DNA from: an uncultured bacterium | GTDB taxonomy: Bacteria; Omnitrophota; Omnitrophia; Omnitrophales; Abzuiibacteriaceae | DNA length: 64,000 nucleotides | Direction of reading: 5' to 3' | Assembly: GCA_964387845.1 (NCBI GenBank) | Contig: CAYLXA010000001.1 | Span: 1 to 64,000, forward strand | In this document: positions 1 through 9,193 of the stretch, piece by piece | Numbering within the stretch: position 1 is the first letter of the stretch | Layout of the letters: every line of letters begins with the position of its first letter | The notes under the pieces: generated by a model | Told to the model about the DNA's origin: nothing | Databases searched by the model: none | What the model saw: only the letters and a program-made list of their open reading frames with translations | Translations under genes and position numbers: made by a program

Positions 1-119
1 AGAACGCCTGCTGAAGTATTTAATGAATTGTTGCATTAGTAACTTGTATCCACACTGTTCCAAAAGTGCCAGGTTCGCTCTCAAAAATGTCGTATTTTAT
101 GCTTCAAATGAAGAAGTGT

Positions 120-509
120 CTAGCGTGACAATTTTGAACCGGCTCTGCGCCGGCGGGTCTGTTTTGCCACTGAGGGACTTAGTGGCACGGCGCGCATTTG
201 GACGGTGTAGCCGACAAAGCGCAGGACTTTCTGGAGAGTTTCCATGCTCGTAAAATCGCCGCTTTCGATTTTGGAAAGGTGCTGCTGCGAAATCCCAAGT
301 TTCTGGGCAAGCTGCGCCTGCGTCAAGTCATGCTTATTGCGGTAATCGATGATCGGCAGAATGGTGTTTGTTTTCTGCCTTTCTAGCTCATAGAGTTCCC
401 TGAAGTGAGGATCTTTGAGTTCCTCTGCTAACCAATCATCTACTTTTATTAATTTGGGTTTCATTTTAGCCTCTACTTTGCAAATATGAATTCTTACGCT
501 GAACAGCAA
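120..509 (-). CDS. higA: HTH XRE-family antitoxin (HigA-like). The true start is probably near 467 (MKPKLIKV...)
   Basis: The translation has a helix-turn-helix, 'LTQAQLAQKLGISQQHLSKIESG'. It lies immediately downstream of, and overlaps, a RelE/ParE-type toxin ORF. Confidence 0.6.
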   Translation of the reverse strand: MLFSVRIHICKVEAKMKPKLIKVDDWLAEELKDPHFRELYELERQKTNTILPIIDYRNKHDLTQAQLAQKLGISQQHLSKIESGDFTSMETLQKVLRFVGYTVQMRAVPLSPSVAKQTRRRRAGSKLSR

Positions 510-762
510 TCACTTTCTCATGCAGCGGCAATTTATCCGTCTTTTTGATAAAACCGTTTGTAAAGATCACTTCTTCTCCTTTAAAGAAGAAATAAAGCAT
601 TCTCACAGCGCCTTCGTTGCCTGAAAATCTCAACTCAAAGATGCCGTCTCCCACATATTTTGCATAAGGCTCTTTGAGATCCCTGCCTCGATCTTCTAAC
701 AATCTCTTGATGTCAGAAAATTTGGTTCTTGTTCTTCGATCAAGTGACTTGATAAAGTCCAT
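466..762 (-). CDS. higB: RelE/ParE-superfamily toxin (HigB/Gp49-like). The ORF track extends to 816; the probable start is MDFIKSL.
   Basis: It contains 'DGIFELRF...RMLYFFFKGEEVIFTNGFIKKTDKLPLHE', typical of phage Gp49/HigB toxins. The toxin-first order with an HTH partner is typical of HigBA. Confidence 0.55.
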   Translation of the reverse strand: MDFIKSLDRRTRTKFSDIKRLLEDRGRDLKEPYAKYVGDGIFELRFSGNEGAVRMLYFFFKGEEVIFTNGFIKKTDKLPLHEKVIAVQRKNSYLQSRG

Positions 763-858
763 GGCGGGCGAACGGCCCGACGGCAGACAATAGAAATAGC
801 AAACTACTTTACTCACTGACAGCTCCTTTAAGTATACAACCAGATAGTTGTAAAGTCA

Positions 859-905
859 AAAACAAAAAAACCTCCGCGCAGATACCCTTGCGTGGAGGTT
901 TTATA
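859..905 (-). terminator. Rho-independent terminator (hairpin flanked by an A-run and a T-run, so possibly bidirectional) downstream of punA
   Basis: aaaaaaa-CCTCCGCGCA-gataccctt-GCGTGGAGG-tttta: a GC-rich stem with a U-run on the minus-strand transcript. Confidence 0.5.
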
Positions 906-955
906 TGACGATTATGATACTAAATTATTTCTTTTTGTCAATAGAAGATTTTGGC

Positions 956-1777
956 CTAGAGGCTTTTAATCACTGCTTCAAACAGCTGATCTAATTTAGG
1001 ACCGGCCTTCTGGGCGGTTTTGATGATTTCCGAAATGTCCACAGGATGCAGGTTATCGGGATCGCAAGTGTCGGTGACAATGCTGACGCCTAAGATTTCG
1101 AAACCGGCGTGGACGCCCACAATCACTTCCGGAACGGTCGACATGCCGATCACGTCCGCGAATTCGCGGAACATTCTGTATTCCGCGCGGGTTTCGAGAC
1201 ACGGGCCCGTCACGCCCACATAAACTCCCTTTTGCAGCGGAATTTTTTTGGATTGCGCAACTTTCTCTGCAAGTTTCATAAGCTTCTTCGAGAATGGTGC
1301 GCACATATCGGGGAATCTAATTCCCAAACGATGGTCATTCGGCCCTACGAGAGGATTGACGCCCATAAAATTAATTTGGTCTTCAATCAAAATCAAATCG
1401 CCTTTGTTATATTGCAAATTAAGCCCGCCTGCCGCGTTTGACACGAACAAATATTTCGCTCCGAGGCGGCGCATGACTCGCACGGGAAACGTGACTTGTT
1501 CGAGTGAGTAACCTTCGTAGAAGTGGAAACGCCCTTCCATCGCAACCACGACTTGCGAGCCGATTTTGCCGATCACGAGTTTGCCTGCGTGCGACTCGAC
1601 CGTCGATTCCGGAAAGTGCGGAATCGCATCATACGAAAGTTCCACGTCTTTCTTGATTCGTTTCGCAAGATCGCCCAAGCCGGTTCCCAAAATGACGGCG
1701 ACAGTGGGTTTTAACTTGGTGTGCGACTGGATAAATTCCGCCGCGGCTTCAATTTTTTGAAACAGATCTTCAGTCAT
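956..1777 (-). CDS. punA: Purine nucleoside phosphorylase (trimeric PNP-I/PunA type)
   Basis: 273 aa with PNP family motifs: 'VAMEGRFHFYEGY', 'GVTGPCLETRAEYRMFR', 'GMSTVPEVIVG'. Confidence 0.75.
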   Translation of the reverse strand: MTEDLFQKIEAAAEFIQSHTKLKPTVAVILGTGLGDLAKRIKKDVELSYDAIPHFPESTVESHAGKLVIGKIGSQVVVAMEGRFHFYEGYSLEQVTFPVRVMRRLGAKYLFVSNAAGGLNLQYNKGDLILIEDQINFMGVNPLVGPNDHRLGIRFPDMCAPFSKKLMKLAEKVAQSKKIPLQKGVYVGVTGPCLETRAEYRMFREFADVIGMSTVPEVIVGVHAGFEILGVSIVTDTCDPDNLHPVDISEIIKTAQKAGPKLDQLFEAVIKSL

Positions 1778-1835
1778 TTCTCAATCTCCTTCTTTTGGGG
1801 ACAGTCCCAATTGGGACAGTCCCCAATTTCAATTT

Positions 1836-2135
1836 CTAGCCGCTAAATTGGATGGCAAGACGCGTCAAAATACCGACCACAAAATTATCCAGAAAACTAA
1901 TCGCCAGAAACGCAACGATGGGCGATAGGTCCAACATGCCGATCTGGAGCGGCAATTTACGAAACGGCGCCAAAATGGGGTCTGTCACCGCGTAGAGCGT
2001 GCTCACAAAGCCGCTGTAAGGATCCACCGAAAACCACGAAAGAATGATGCGGATCACGAGCAGAAAATACAGCACTTTAAAAATCATGCTGAATAAAAAC
2101 GCGAGACTCGAAAACAATTGCGCAGCAACAAACAT
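1836..2135 (-). CDS. yggT: YggT-family small membrane protein
   Basis: 99-aa hydrophobic protein in the conserved yggS–proC–yggT arrangement. Confidence 0.6.
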   Translation of the reverse strand: MFVAAQLFSSLAFLFSMIFKVLYFLLVIRIILSWFSVDPYSGFVSTLYAVTDPILAPFRKLPLQIGMLDLSPIVAFLAISFLDNFVVGILTRLAIQFSG

Positions 2136-2152
2136 GATTTATCCTTTCGTAT

Positions 2153-2180
2153 GTACGGGCGAGGCATACCTCGCCCCTAC
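2153..2180. repeat. 28-nt palindromic repeat GTACGGGCGAGGCA(T/C)(A/G)CCTCGCCCCTAC, copy 1 (yggT/proC intergenic)
   Basis: Near-perfect 12-bp inverted repeat around a 4-nt centre. Four copies lie between 2153 and 5950. Confidence 0.8.
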
Positions 2181-2182
2181 GA

Positions 2183-2974
2183 TCACGAGCGCGATAATTC
2201 TTTCGCCCGCTTGACCGCTTTTTTCAATGCTTCTTCTACAATTTTGGGCAATTTTCTTTTGAACATCACTTTGAGCGCTGCGTCCGTCGTGCCTTTCTTC
2301 GAAGTGACGCGGGCACGCAGAACAGCCGGTGAGTCTTTCGCGCACGACGCGAGCTTCGCGGAGCCGAGCGCCGTTTGGATCGCGAGCTGGTTGGCTTGTG
2401 CTTCGGACAGTCCACTTTTTTTGGCGTAGCTAGCCAATAACTCCATCAATAAAAAGAAATACGCGGGGCCGCTGCCGCTCACGGCGGTCACTAAGTCTAA
2501 ATATTTTTCAGACGTTCGGATCACTTTGCCGCATGCGGAGAAAATCACTTCCGCTTTTTTTAATCCTTTTGCATCACCCGTCACAGCCGTCATCGATTCG
2601 CCGACAACCGCACCCAAATTCGGCATGGCGCGCACGACGGTGAAATTCTTACCCAAATGTTTTTTGATTTTCGAAACCGGCGTTCCGGCCAAAATAGAAA
2701 TCACGGTGTGACGTTTCGTTAAACCTGCTTTTAATTCCTTCGCAACATTCGCGAGCTCTTGTGGTTTAATCGCGAGAATCACGATACTTGAACTTTTAAG
2801 CACATCGCGATTGTTTCGCACTACGCGAACTCTATACCGCGAGAGATTTCTGGCGTAGGGATCGTGGACAAAAATCTGGCCGGGCGAAGCGAGCTTCTTC
2901 TGCAGAATTCCCTGCAAAATGCCGCCGCCCATGTTGCCGCAGCCGATAAATCCGATTTTTTGGTTTAACATCAT
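2183..2974 (-). CDS. proC: Pyrroline-5-carboxylate reductase
   Basis: 'IGFIGCGNMGGGIL' NAD(P)-binding N-terminus with ProC family similarity throughout. The start is placed at MMLNQK because the longer ORF runs into the palindromic repeat. Confidence 0.8.
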   Translation of the reverse strand: MMLNQKIGFIGCGNMGGGILQGILQKKLASPGQIFVHDPYARNLSRYRVRVVRNNRDVLKSSSIVILAIKPQELANVAKELKAGLTKRHTVISILAGTPVSKIKKHLGKNFTVVRAMPNLGAVVGESMTAVTGDAKGLKKAEVIFSACGKVIRTSEKYLDLVTAVSGSGPAYFFLLMELLASYAKKSGLSEAQANQLAIQTALGSAKLASCAKDSPAVLRARVTSKKGTTDAALKVMFKRKLPKIVEEALKKAVKRAKELSRS

Positions 2975-2986
2975 TTTTATCCTTCT

Positions 2987-3014
2987 GTGCGGGCGAGGCA
3001 TGCCTCGCCCCTAC
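2987..3014. repeat. 28-nt palindromic repeat, copy 2 (proC/yggS junction)
   Basis: gtgcgggcgaggcatgcctcgcccctac. Confidence 0.8.
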
Positions 3015-3700
3015 GTACGCGCTCCAAACACCGCGGTACCGATCCGGATTAAATTGGAACCTTCTTCGATTGCGATTTCAAAATCCGAGCTCATGCCCAT
3101 CGATAATATTTTGAAATCGGGCTTCGCCGTCTTCTTTATTTTTTCAAACAACTCTCTTAACATTTTAAATGAAGCACGTGTTTTTGTTGCGTCATCCGTC
3201 AAAGGCCCGATCGTCATCAGGCCTTTCAAAGCAAGCTGCGGCAAATTCAAAACCGCCTCCGCCAGCTTTTCGGCTTCGTTTGGCGCAACACCGAATTTCG
3301 TGTCTTCCCCGCTCGTATTGACCTGAATCAAGCAATCCACGATCTGGTCTTTCCGGGCAGCTTCTTTATTGATGGTGTTCGCCAGCTTCAAACTGTCGAC
3401 TGAATGAATCAGTACGGGCGAGGCATGCCTCGCCCCTACACAATATTTCACTTTGTTCGTCTGTAAATGCCCGATCAGGTGCCAGCGAATGTCATTCGGC
3501 AGTGCGCGGCTTTTTTCGCGCCATTCCTGGACCCGGTTTTCGCCAAAATCACGGCAGCCGAGCTTATACGCCTCCGAAATCACTTCCGCAGGAATTGTTT
3601 TGGTGACCAAAACCAATTGAATATCCTGAGCGCTTCGGCCTGAGCGTGCACGCGCAGCTTCAATCTTCTCCCTGAGAGTCTCTAAATTCTTGGCAATCAC
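3011..3700 (-). CDS. yggS: YggS-family PLP-binding homeostasis protein
   Basis: 229 aa. 'LVLVTKTIPAEVI', 'FGENRVQE', 'WHLIGHLQTNK', 'LSMGMSSDFEIAIEEGS..IRIGTAVFG' match the YggS/Alr-N-domain fold. Palindromic repeat copy 3 is translated in-frame inside it (VGARHASPVL). Confidence 0.8.
   Translation of the reverse strand: MIAKNLETLREKIEAARARSGRSAQDIQLVLVTKTIPAEVISEAYKLGCRDFGENRVQEWREKSRALPNDIRWHLIGHLQTNKVKYCVGARHASPVLIHSVDSLKLANTINKEAARKDQIVDCLIQVNTSGEDTKFGVAPNEAEKLAEAVLNLPQLALKGLMTIGPLTDDATKTRASFKMLRELFEKIKKTAKPDFKILSMGMSSDFEIAIEEGSNLIRIGTAVFGART
3413..3440. repeat. 28-nt palindromic repeat, copy 3, inside the yggS coding sequence
   Basis: gtacgggcgaggcatgcctcgcccctac at 3413-3440. The yggS reading frame continues through it. 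Confidence 0.8.
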
Positions 3701-3773
3701 AGAGGGACATTTTAGACAAGATTTTATCTGATGTCAATCTAACTGATTGCTGGAAAAAGACTTACAAATAGAT

Positions 3774-3868
3774 TTTCCCTCTCCCTCTGGGAGAGGGATC
3801 AAGGGTGAGGGATTTCAAATCTATCACCCTCATCCTAACCTTCTCCCTCTTCAGAGGGAGAAGGGATA
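3774..3868. repeat. CCCTCTCCC-type hairpin repeat pair (copy A), likely terminator region of the GldG-like gene
   Basis: 'tccctctccctctgggagagggatcaagggtgaggg' plus a perfect hairpin 'ccttctccctc-ttca-gagggagaagg'. It is homologous to 53490-53547. Confidence 0.6.
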
Positions 3869-3871
3869 ATG

Positions 3872-5914
3872 CTAAACCTTATTGAAAACGAGTTTAATAA
3901 ATCCACCTAACAGCAAAATAGCGGGAATAAAGAAAATAGAGACACTAAAGAGAATGGCGTGTTCAGAGCCGCTCAATATAAACGGTTCGCGGGACGACGG
4001 GCTGGCTTTAAATACAAATTTTTCATCCGGGCGCTCAGACATCAGCCATTTAACAATGATGACCAGAAAATCCCGATTCCCGAGCAGCTCAATCCGCGAA
4101 TTCACCAGCCAGTCGCTGTCGCCTATGACCGCCATTTTACCGCCCGACTTTTGCTCCTCCAGCGCGCACACAACCGCCACAGGGCCGGCGATATCTTCCT
4201 TTTCATTAAATTCGGCCTTATCATTTTCCAAATCTGTGAGATTCGTCTCTGCCCAGCTGCCCTTTCCGGTCCGCGCGATTTCGGTAATTTCGATATTGTC
4301 CGGAACGTTGAGGCGCTTGCGGACCGAGCGCGTGACGGGCATGATGACCGGCTTGGTAAAATTTTGGACGCTTGCGTGCGACCCAAAATCGGTGACAACC
4401 ATGGCAAGCTTCTCGACGCCTTGCAGTTGGCTGAATTTATCGATCATCACATTGCGCCCAAAATCAACGCCGAGTTCCCACAAAAACCGCCGGATGTGCT
4501 CGCCTTCTTTGGGAAAGACAGGGTCAACCGCAATCAAAACACTGCCGCCCGATTCAAAATGGCGGCGCAGAACCTCAATCTCATCGCGGCTTAAGTCCGA
4601 ATGCGGGCCGGCCAGCAAAATCAAATCTTGCGGATTCAAATCTTCAATGCGGGTCAAAACCGATTCCTGCAATTCATACCGCAGACTTTTGATTTTGGCC
4701 GCGAGGTTTTCATAGCCCATCTCATTTTGATCCGCGAGACTCGGCTCACCGTGCCCGATGGCAAAAAAAATCCGGCGTTCGCGTTTTTCCAGGAACGACG
4801 CGAGCGCGGCGGTAATTTTATTTTCATCCGGAAAACTGACCGTCATTTTTTTCCCTTTTGCTTCGACAATGGTCGCGCCGTAAGCGTCGACACGGTTTTC
4901 GAGCGCTTCCTCGGGATTTTGATCGGGATCGACGAGTTTGTACTTGAAGCCCGGCGCACGATAAGCGTATTCTTGGAGCACATTCTCAACATTTTTAAAA
5001 TTGACATCGCGGCGCGATAAAAACGCCGTGATTAAAATGGGGTCACGCCCGAATTGTTTTAAAACACCTTCGGTTTGTACGGAAAGAAGATTCTGGTTGG
5101 TGTCTGATAAATCAATCCGGCGTAAAAATTCGGGCGGCAATACGCAGAGCAGCGCAATCACGGCAAGGCTTGTGATGATCCGGCCGTTCGACTTTGATTT
5201 TTGCTTTTTGGCGTAAAAAAGTGTCCGGCTGAAAATAATCCAAACGCACACAGTGTAAATTAAAATCGCTTTGATATCTAAAATTCCCCGGCTGAATTCA
5301 CCGATAAGCGTAAACGGCAGCCATCTTTGGCCCGGCCACGTAAACTGACCGGCAAACCAAAGCAATCCGCACGTGAATAAAGACGCCAGAAAAGCTCTTT
5401 TCCGGTTTTTATCCGCGGCAGTGAAAAAAATCGAGCATGCAACGAACAAAACCGTGACCAACAGAACACCCAGAAAAGCCGATGCAAGCCGCCCGGAATC
5501 CAACCCGCCTTTCATGATCTGTAAAATAAAGAACCCAAGCGACGACGGCAGTAAAATCAAAATCGAAAACGAAAGTACGGTCAAATATTTTCCCGAAAGC
5601 GTTTTGCCGGCCGTCAACTTGATGAAAATCAGTTTTTGGCTTCGGTGAATAACCAAATCCGCCAGGATCGGAACCGCGATGACCAGCACCCACACCACAT
5701 TGACGAGGTGCGGATGGATGAGCGCCTGGTTCAGGTCAAAAAAGTAGTGTGGATCTTCGGCCAGCCGCTTCACGGAAAGTGCGTGCGCCACATACACATT
5801 GGTCCAAAACAGCATTCCTGTGATGAGCGTTCCCAAGATCAGGAACAAAAATTCAAAAAAGGATGATAACTGAAGGTTTAGAAAGGTCCGGGAAGTTTTT
5901 AGAATGGAACTCAT
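3872..5914 (-). CDS. Fused ABC-2-type permease-like N-terminal domain plus GldG-like ABC-transporter auxiliary domain membrane protein
   Basis: 680 aa. An N-terminal multi-TM segment is followed by a central region ('FFAIGHGEPSLADQNEMGYENLAAKI...LILLAGPHSDLSRDEIEVLRRHFESGGSVLIAVDP') matching the ABC_transp_aux/GldG pattern, with a C-terminal TM anchor. Confidence 0.5.
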   Translation of the reverse strand: MSSILKTSRTFLNLQLSSFFEFLFLILGTLITGMLFWTNVYVAHALSVKRLAEDPHYFFDLNQALIHPHLVNVVWVLVIAVPILADLVIHRSQKLIFIKLTAGKTLSGKYLTVLSFSILILLPSSLGFFILQIMKGGLDSGRLASAFLGVLLVTVLFVACSIFFTAADKNRKRAFLASLFTCGLLWFAGQFTWPGQRWLPFTLIGEFSRGILDIKAILIYTVCVWIIFSRTLFYAKKQKSKSNGRIITSLAVIALLCVLPPEFLRRIDLSDTNQNLLSVQTEGVLKQFGRDPILITAFLSRRDVNFKNVENVLQEYAYRAPGFKYKLVDPDQNPEEALENRVDAYGATIVEAKGKKMTVSFPDENKITAALASFLEKRERRIFFAIGHGEPSLADQNEMGYENLAAKIKSLRYELQESVLTRIEDLNPQDLILLAGPHSDLSRDEIEVLRRHFESGGSVLIAVDPVFPKEGEHIRRFLWELGVDFGRNVMIDKFSQLQGVEKLAMVVTDFGSHASVQNFTKPVIMPVTRSVRKRLNVPDNIEITEIARTGKGSWAETNLTDLENDKAEFNEKEDIAGPVAVVCALEEQKSGGKMAVIGDSDWLVNSRIELLGNRDFLVIIVKWLMSERPDEKFVFKASPSSREPFILSGSEHAILFSVSIFFIPAILLLGGFIKLVFNKV

Positions 5915-5922
5915 GTTATTTT

Positions 5923-5950
5923 GTACGGGCGAGGCACGCCTCGCCCCTAC
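5923..5950. repeat. 28-nt palindromic repeat, copy 4 (tyrS / GldG-like intergenic)
   Basis: gtacgggcgaggcacgcctcgcccctac. Confidence 0.8.
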
Positions 5951-7170
5951 TTAAGACTGACGCGGGCAAACTTGCGCTTGCCGCATTGCACAATCACCGC
6001 CGGATCGAGCGCAAAACTGGATTCCGGCGACTCGACTTTTGATTTATTGACTTTGACGCCGCCCTGCTCGACTAAGCGGCGGCCTTCGCTTTTGCTCGCC
6101 ACGAGGCCGGCTTCTTTGAGAAGGTTCACGATATCGATTTTGCCGTTTTGAAGCAAACTTTTAGAAATTTTCACTTCTTCAATTTCATCCGGCATTTCTT
6201 TATTCTTGAATACCTGATCGAACTGGTCGCTCGCTTTTCCGGCAGCGTCTTTTCCGTAATAAATCGTGATAATGTCACGCGCCAGCTGGGCTTTCGCGTT
6301 GCGCGGATTGGTTTCGATTTCTTTGGCGCTGATTTTACTGGAAGTTAAATACTGGAAATATTTGGCAATGAGCGGATCCGGAATCGACATCACTTTTCCG
6401 AACATTTGATCCGGCGCATCCTGCAAAGCAATGTGATTCGAGAGTGATTTGGACATTTTCTGTTTGCCGTCCAAGCCTTCAATGATCGGAAGCGTCATCA
6501 CGACTTGCGGCTCCTGGCCGTAATCGCGCTGAAGTTCACGGCCCACAAGCAGATTGAATTTCTGATCGGTGCCGCCAAGCTCGACATCGGCCTTCAAAGC
6601 AACGGAATCGTAGCCCTGCATCAAGGGATACAGAAATTCCAGAATCGTGATCGGTTGCTTGTCGTCGTAGCGCTTCTTAAAATCATCGCGCTCCAAAATC
6701 CGCGCGACGGTGTATTTAGACGTGAGCGCTAGAAAATCCGCAGGCTTCAAAGCATCCAGCCATTTGGAATTGTAAACCACTTCGACATTTTTATTTTTAT
6801 CGAGAATTTTGAAGACTTGTGCTTGATACGTTTCCGCGTTTTTCTTGATCTCTGCTTCCGAAAGCGGCTTGCGGGTTTCCGAACGGTGCGACGGATCGCC
6901 GATACGCGCCGTAAAATCGCCGATCAGAAAGACGATCGTGTGGCCGAGCTCCTGAAGCGCTTTGAGTTTGCGGAGCGGAACCGTGTGGCCCAAATGCAAA
7001 TCCGGAGCCGAAGGGTCGGCGCCGTATTTGATCCGGAGTGGTTTGCCGCGTTCAAGCTTCTTCAGCAAATCGGCTTCGGAAATCAGGTCGACTGTATTTT
7101 CTTTGAATATTTTGAGCTGGTCTTGGGGCTTCATAGTGTTAAGTTTACAGAAATCAACCGCGCGATTCAA
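5947..7170 (-). CDS. tyrS: Tyrosyl-tRNA synthetase (true start possibly 7134, MKPQDQL)
   Basis: Class I 'HLGH' and 'KMSKS' motifs, with a C-terminal S4-like domain. Confidence 0.9.
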   Translation of the reverse strand: MNRAVDFCKLNTMKPQDQLKIFKENTVDLISEADLLKKLERGKPLRIKYGADPSAPDLHLGHTVPLRKLKALQELGHTIVFLIGDFTARIGDPSHRSETRKPLSEAEIKKNAETYQAQVFKILDKNKNVEVVYNSKWLDALKPADFLALTSKYTVARILERDDFKKRYDDKQPITILEFLYPLMQGYDSVALKADVELGGTDQKFNLLVGRELQRDYGQEPQVVMTLPIIEGLDGKQKMSKSLSNHIALQDAPDQMFGKVMSIPDPLIAKYFQYLTSSKISAKEIETNPRNAKAQLARDIITIYYGKDAAGKASDQFDQVFKNKEMPDEIEEVKISKSLLQNGKIDIVNLLKEAGLVASKSEGRRLVEQGGVKVNKSKVESPESSFALDPAVIVQCGKRKFARVSLK

Positions 7171-7765
7171 TCAATCGTTTAGCACGGAATATTCTTTGAA
7201 TCACCGTGAAATAAATCGCGAAATTGAGGCCGATGAGCGTCCAAAAAAAGAGCGTTTGGCCGGCAATCGTGATTTGAAAAAACTCGGAAATGAAAAACCC
7301 TAGGATAAAAACAATATTGCGCTCAAAACGCTCCATCAAGTCCGGCCATTCCAAGTTCGAGACCGGCGTTTCCATCGCAGCACGCGCTTTCGCATAACTG
7401 ACCAAAAGCCCGCCAGCAAGGCCCGCAAAAATTAAAGTCCACTCGCCCGTAAAAATCGCGGCCGTGAGGGCCGCAACAATATCGAAAATCCGGTCGCACA
7501 TAGCATCCAAATAAGCACCAAACTTACTCTCCGACTTCGTCAGGCGCGCCAGGACACCGTCAAACACATCCACCAGGCCGCTTAAAACGATTAAAACAAA
7601 GAATAGAACGAGATTACCGGTCGCGAGAAAAATCGCGCAGCTTGCGATTCCGAAGATGAGCCCCGCAACCGTCAATTGATTGGGTGTGATTCTTAAAAAT
7701 GCGAAAAACCACGCGACGGGCTTGAACAATCCTTCAAAAAATTGTTTGAAGTTACTGTTGATCAT
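7154..7765 (-). CDS. CDP-alcohol phosphatidyltransferase family protein
   Basis: '[30 protein letters not shown]' matches D-G-x2-A-R-x8-G-x3-D-x3-D in a multi-TM protein. Confidence 0.75.
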   Translation of the reverse strand: MINSNFKQFFEGLFKPVAWFFAFLRITPNQLTVAGLIFGIASCAIFLATGNLVLFFVLIVLSGLVDVFDGVLARLTKSESKFGAYLDAMCDRIFDIVAALTAAIFTGEWTLIFAGLAGGLLVSYAKARAAMETPVSNLEWPDLMERFERNIVFILGFFISEFFQITIAGQTLFFWTLIGLNFAIYFTVIQRIFRAKRLIESRG

Positions 7766-9011
7766 TTTTCCCTTTCGCCAATTTATAAGTGAAATAAATC
7801 CACAACGTGAGCGCCGAAAACGCGCCGAATCCTAAAAATTTGAAATATTTAACCGCTTGCGCAAAATAAAAAACGGCGGATGTGAGAAGAAACCGCTTCT
7901 CGGTTTTTCTGTTCTTTGCACAGACGCTGATTTGATTGACGAGCACAAGCCACGGGAAAGTCAGAAACACGAAAAAATGGCTGCGCGCTTTCGGTGAAAC
8001 CAATACCATTGTCGTCAAAATCAGGGAAACGGTGTATAAAAATGATTCCTTGTCCTTCATCCGGCCGTTTTTAATCATGATGAAAATAAAAGAGAGAAAA
8101 ATAAATCCGACCGCCGCATTTCCGGCAGTTCCCGACTGCTTTTCACTGAGCCCGTAGGGCAGCCTGAAGAAAAATTCGCGGCCGTGCGGACCTCCCGTCG
8201 CTTCCCTGTGACGCCAATCGATGACCCAGCGAAAGACCACGGCTTTCAAATCTTGGTGGCTCGGGTTGAGCTGGTTGGAATAAAATGCCAAAGTTTTCGG
8301 CATCATGTGGGGCCGGATGGTTTCATCAATCCATTGCCGGTGAAGCTCAATGGTTTTTGAAATACCAAATGAAGCTCCGGGCACCAGACAAATACAAACA
8401 AGAGCGGCCGCCAGCCCGCCCAGCAGCGCAGACCATTTTCGCCTGATGAGAAAATAAGGAAAGAAAATAGCAGGAAACAATTTGATGCAAGCCGCCACGC
8501 CAATCCAAAAGCCCGACCAAAAATCGCGCGCTTTTTCGAGCAGATAAATGCCGAATATAGCGAGAAAAAAAACAAAGCAATTCACCTGCCCCATCACGAG
8601 GTTATCAATCAGGACAGCGGCTGAAAGCACGATAAAAATAATTCCCCAAACAATATTTTTTTGATCCGGGTAAAAAGTTAGATTCATCATCCGGCCCATC
8701 AAAAACAGCGCCGCCAAAAAAGAAAACAAACTGAACGCGTTCCACGCGGCTGCAGCAAAGTAAATCGGAAGGATCGAAAACGGAGTGATGAAAAAAGCGA
8801 AAAACGGCGGATAGACGAACGGGCTTTGGGACAAATTGACAGAATGCTGAGAAATCGTGTAGAGCGGCAAACCTTCTAAAATGGCTTTCCCGGCGTAATA
8901 ATAAGTGTCGAAATCGCTTGAGCCGCTCAAAGCCCGGTGTCCCGCCACCAGAGAGGTCACCGCAAGAATGGTAAGGATTAGGAAAATCTGAAAAATACGC
9001 GATTTGGCCAT
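7752..9011 (-). CDS. Polytopic GT-C-type membrane glycosyltransferase (DUF2029/GT87-like)
   Basis: 419 aa with at least 10 predicted TM helices and a His/Trp-rich loop. It is adjacent to and overlapping the CDP-alcohol phosphatidyltransferase gene. Confidence 0.4.
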   Translation of the reverse strand: MAKSRIFQIFLILTILAVTSLVAGHRALSGSSDFDTYYYAGKAILEGLPLYTISQHSVNLSQSPFVYPPFFAFFITPFSILPIYFAAAAWNAFSLFSFLAALFLMGRMMNLTFYPDQKNIVWGIIFIVLSAAVLIDNLVMGQVNCFVFFLAIFGIYLLEKARDFWSGFWIGVAACIKLFPAIFFPYFLIRRKWSALLGGLAAALVCICLVPGASFGISKTIELHRQWIDETIRPHMMPKTLAFYSNQLNPSHQDLKAVVFRWVIDWRHREATGGPHGREFFFRLPYGLSEKQSGTAGNAAVGFIFLSFIFIMIKNGRMKDKESFLYTVSLILTTMVLVSPKARSHFFVFLTFPWLVLVNQISVCAKNRKTEKRFLLTSAVFYFAQAVKYFKFLGFGAFSALTLWIYFTYKLAKGKNDQQ

Positions 9012-9193
9012 TATTCTTAAGAAGTTATCGGTTAGATTAGATTAAAAACACCTTAATTTCAAGCACAGGTTCGCCTGACAATCACTAAATAAACAGCTTT
9101 AGAAAGCCGATCGGGAGTTTCTCAACTCCTTGTAAGGAGAAGATTAGACTGTTACTTTTTACTTTGTAGAAGCCGATTTTCTATAGGTAACCC

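Noticed and set aside
3882-5020. Long antisense ORFs (277, 211 and 139 aa) inside the GldG-like gene, and similar antisense ORFs inside ior, ppdK, rpsA and fabF.
   Set aside because: They are antisense to ORFs with clear homology and have biased low-complexity composition (Ser/Arg-rich). They are typical shadow ORFs of GC-moderate coding DNA.
2153-5950. Checked whether the clustered 28-nt palindromes could be a CRISPR array.
   Set aside because: Spacing is irregular (834, 426 and 2510 bp). The repeats are themselves perfect palindromes sitting at gene junctions. There are no cas genes, and the intervening DNA is conserved housekeeping genes.
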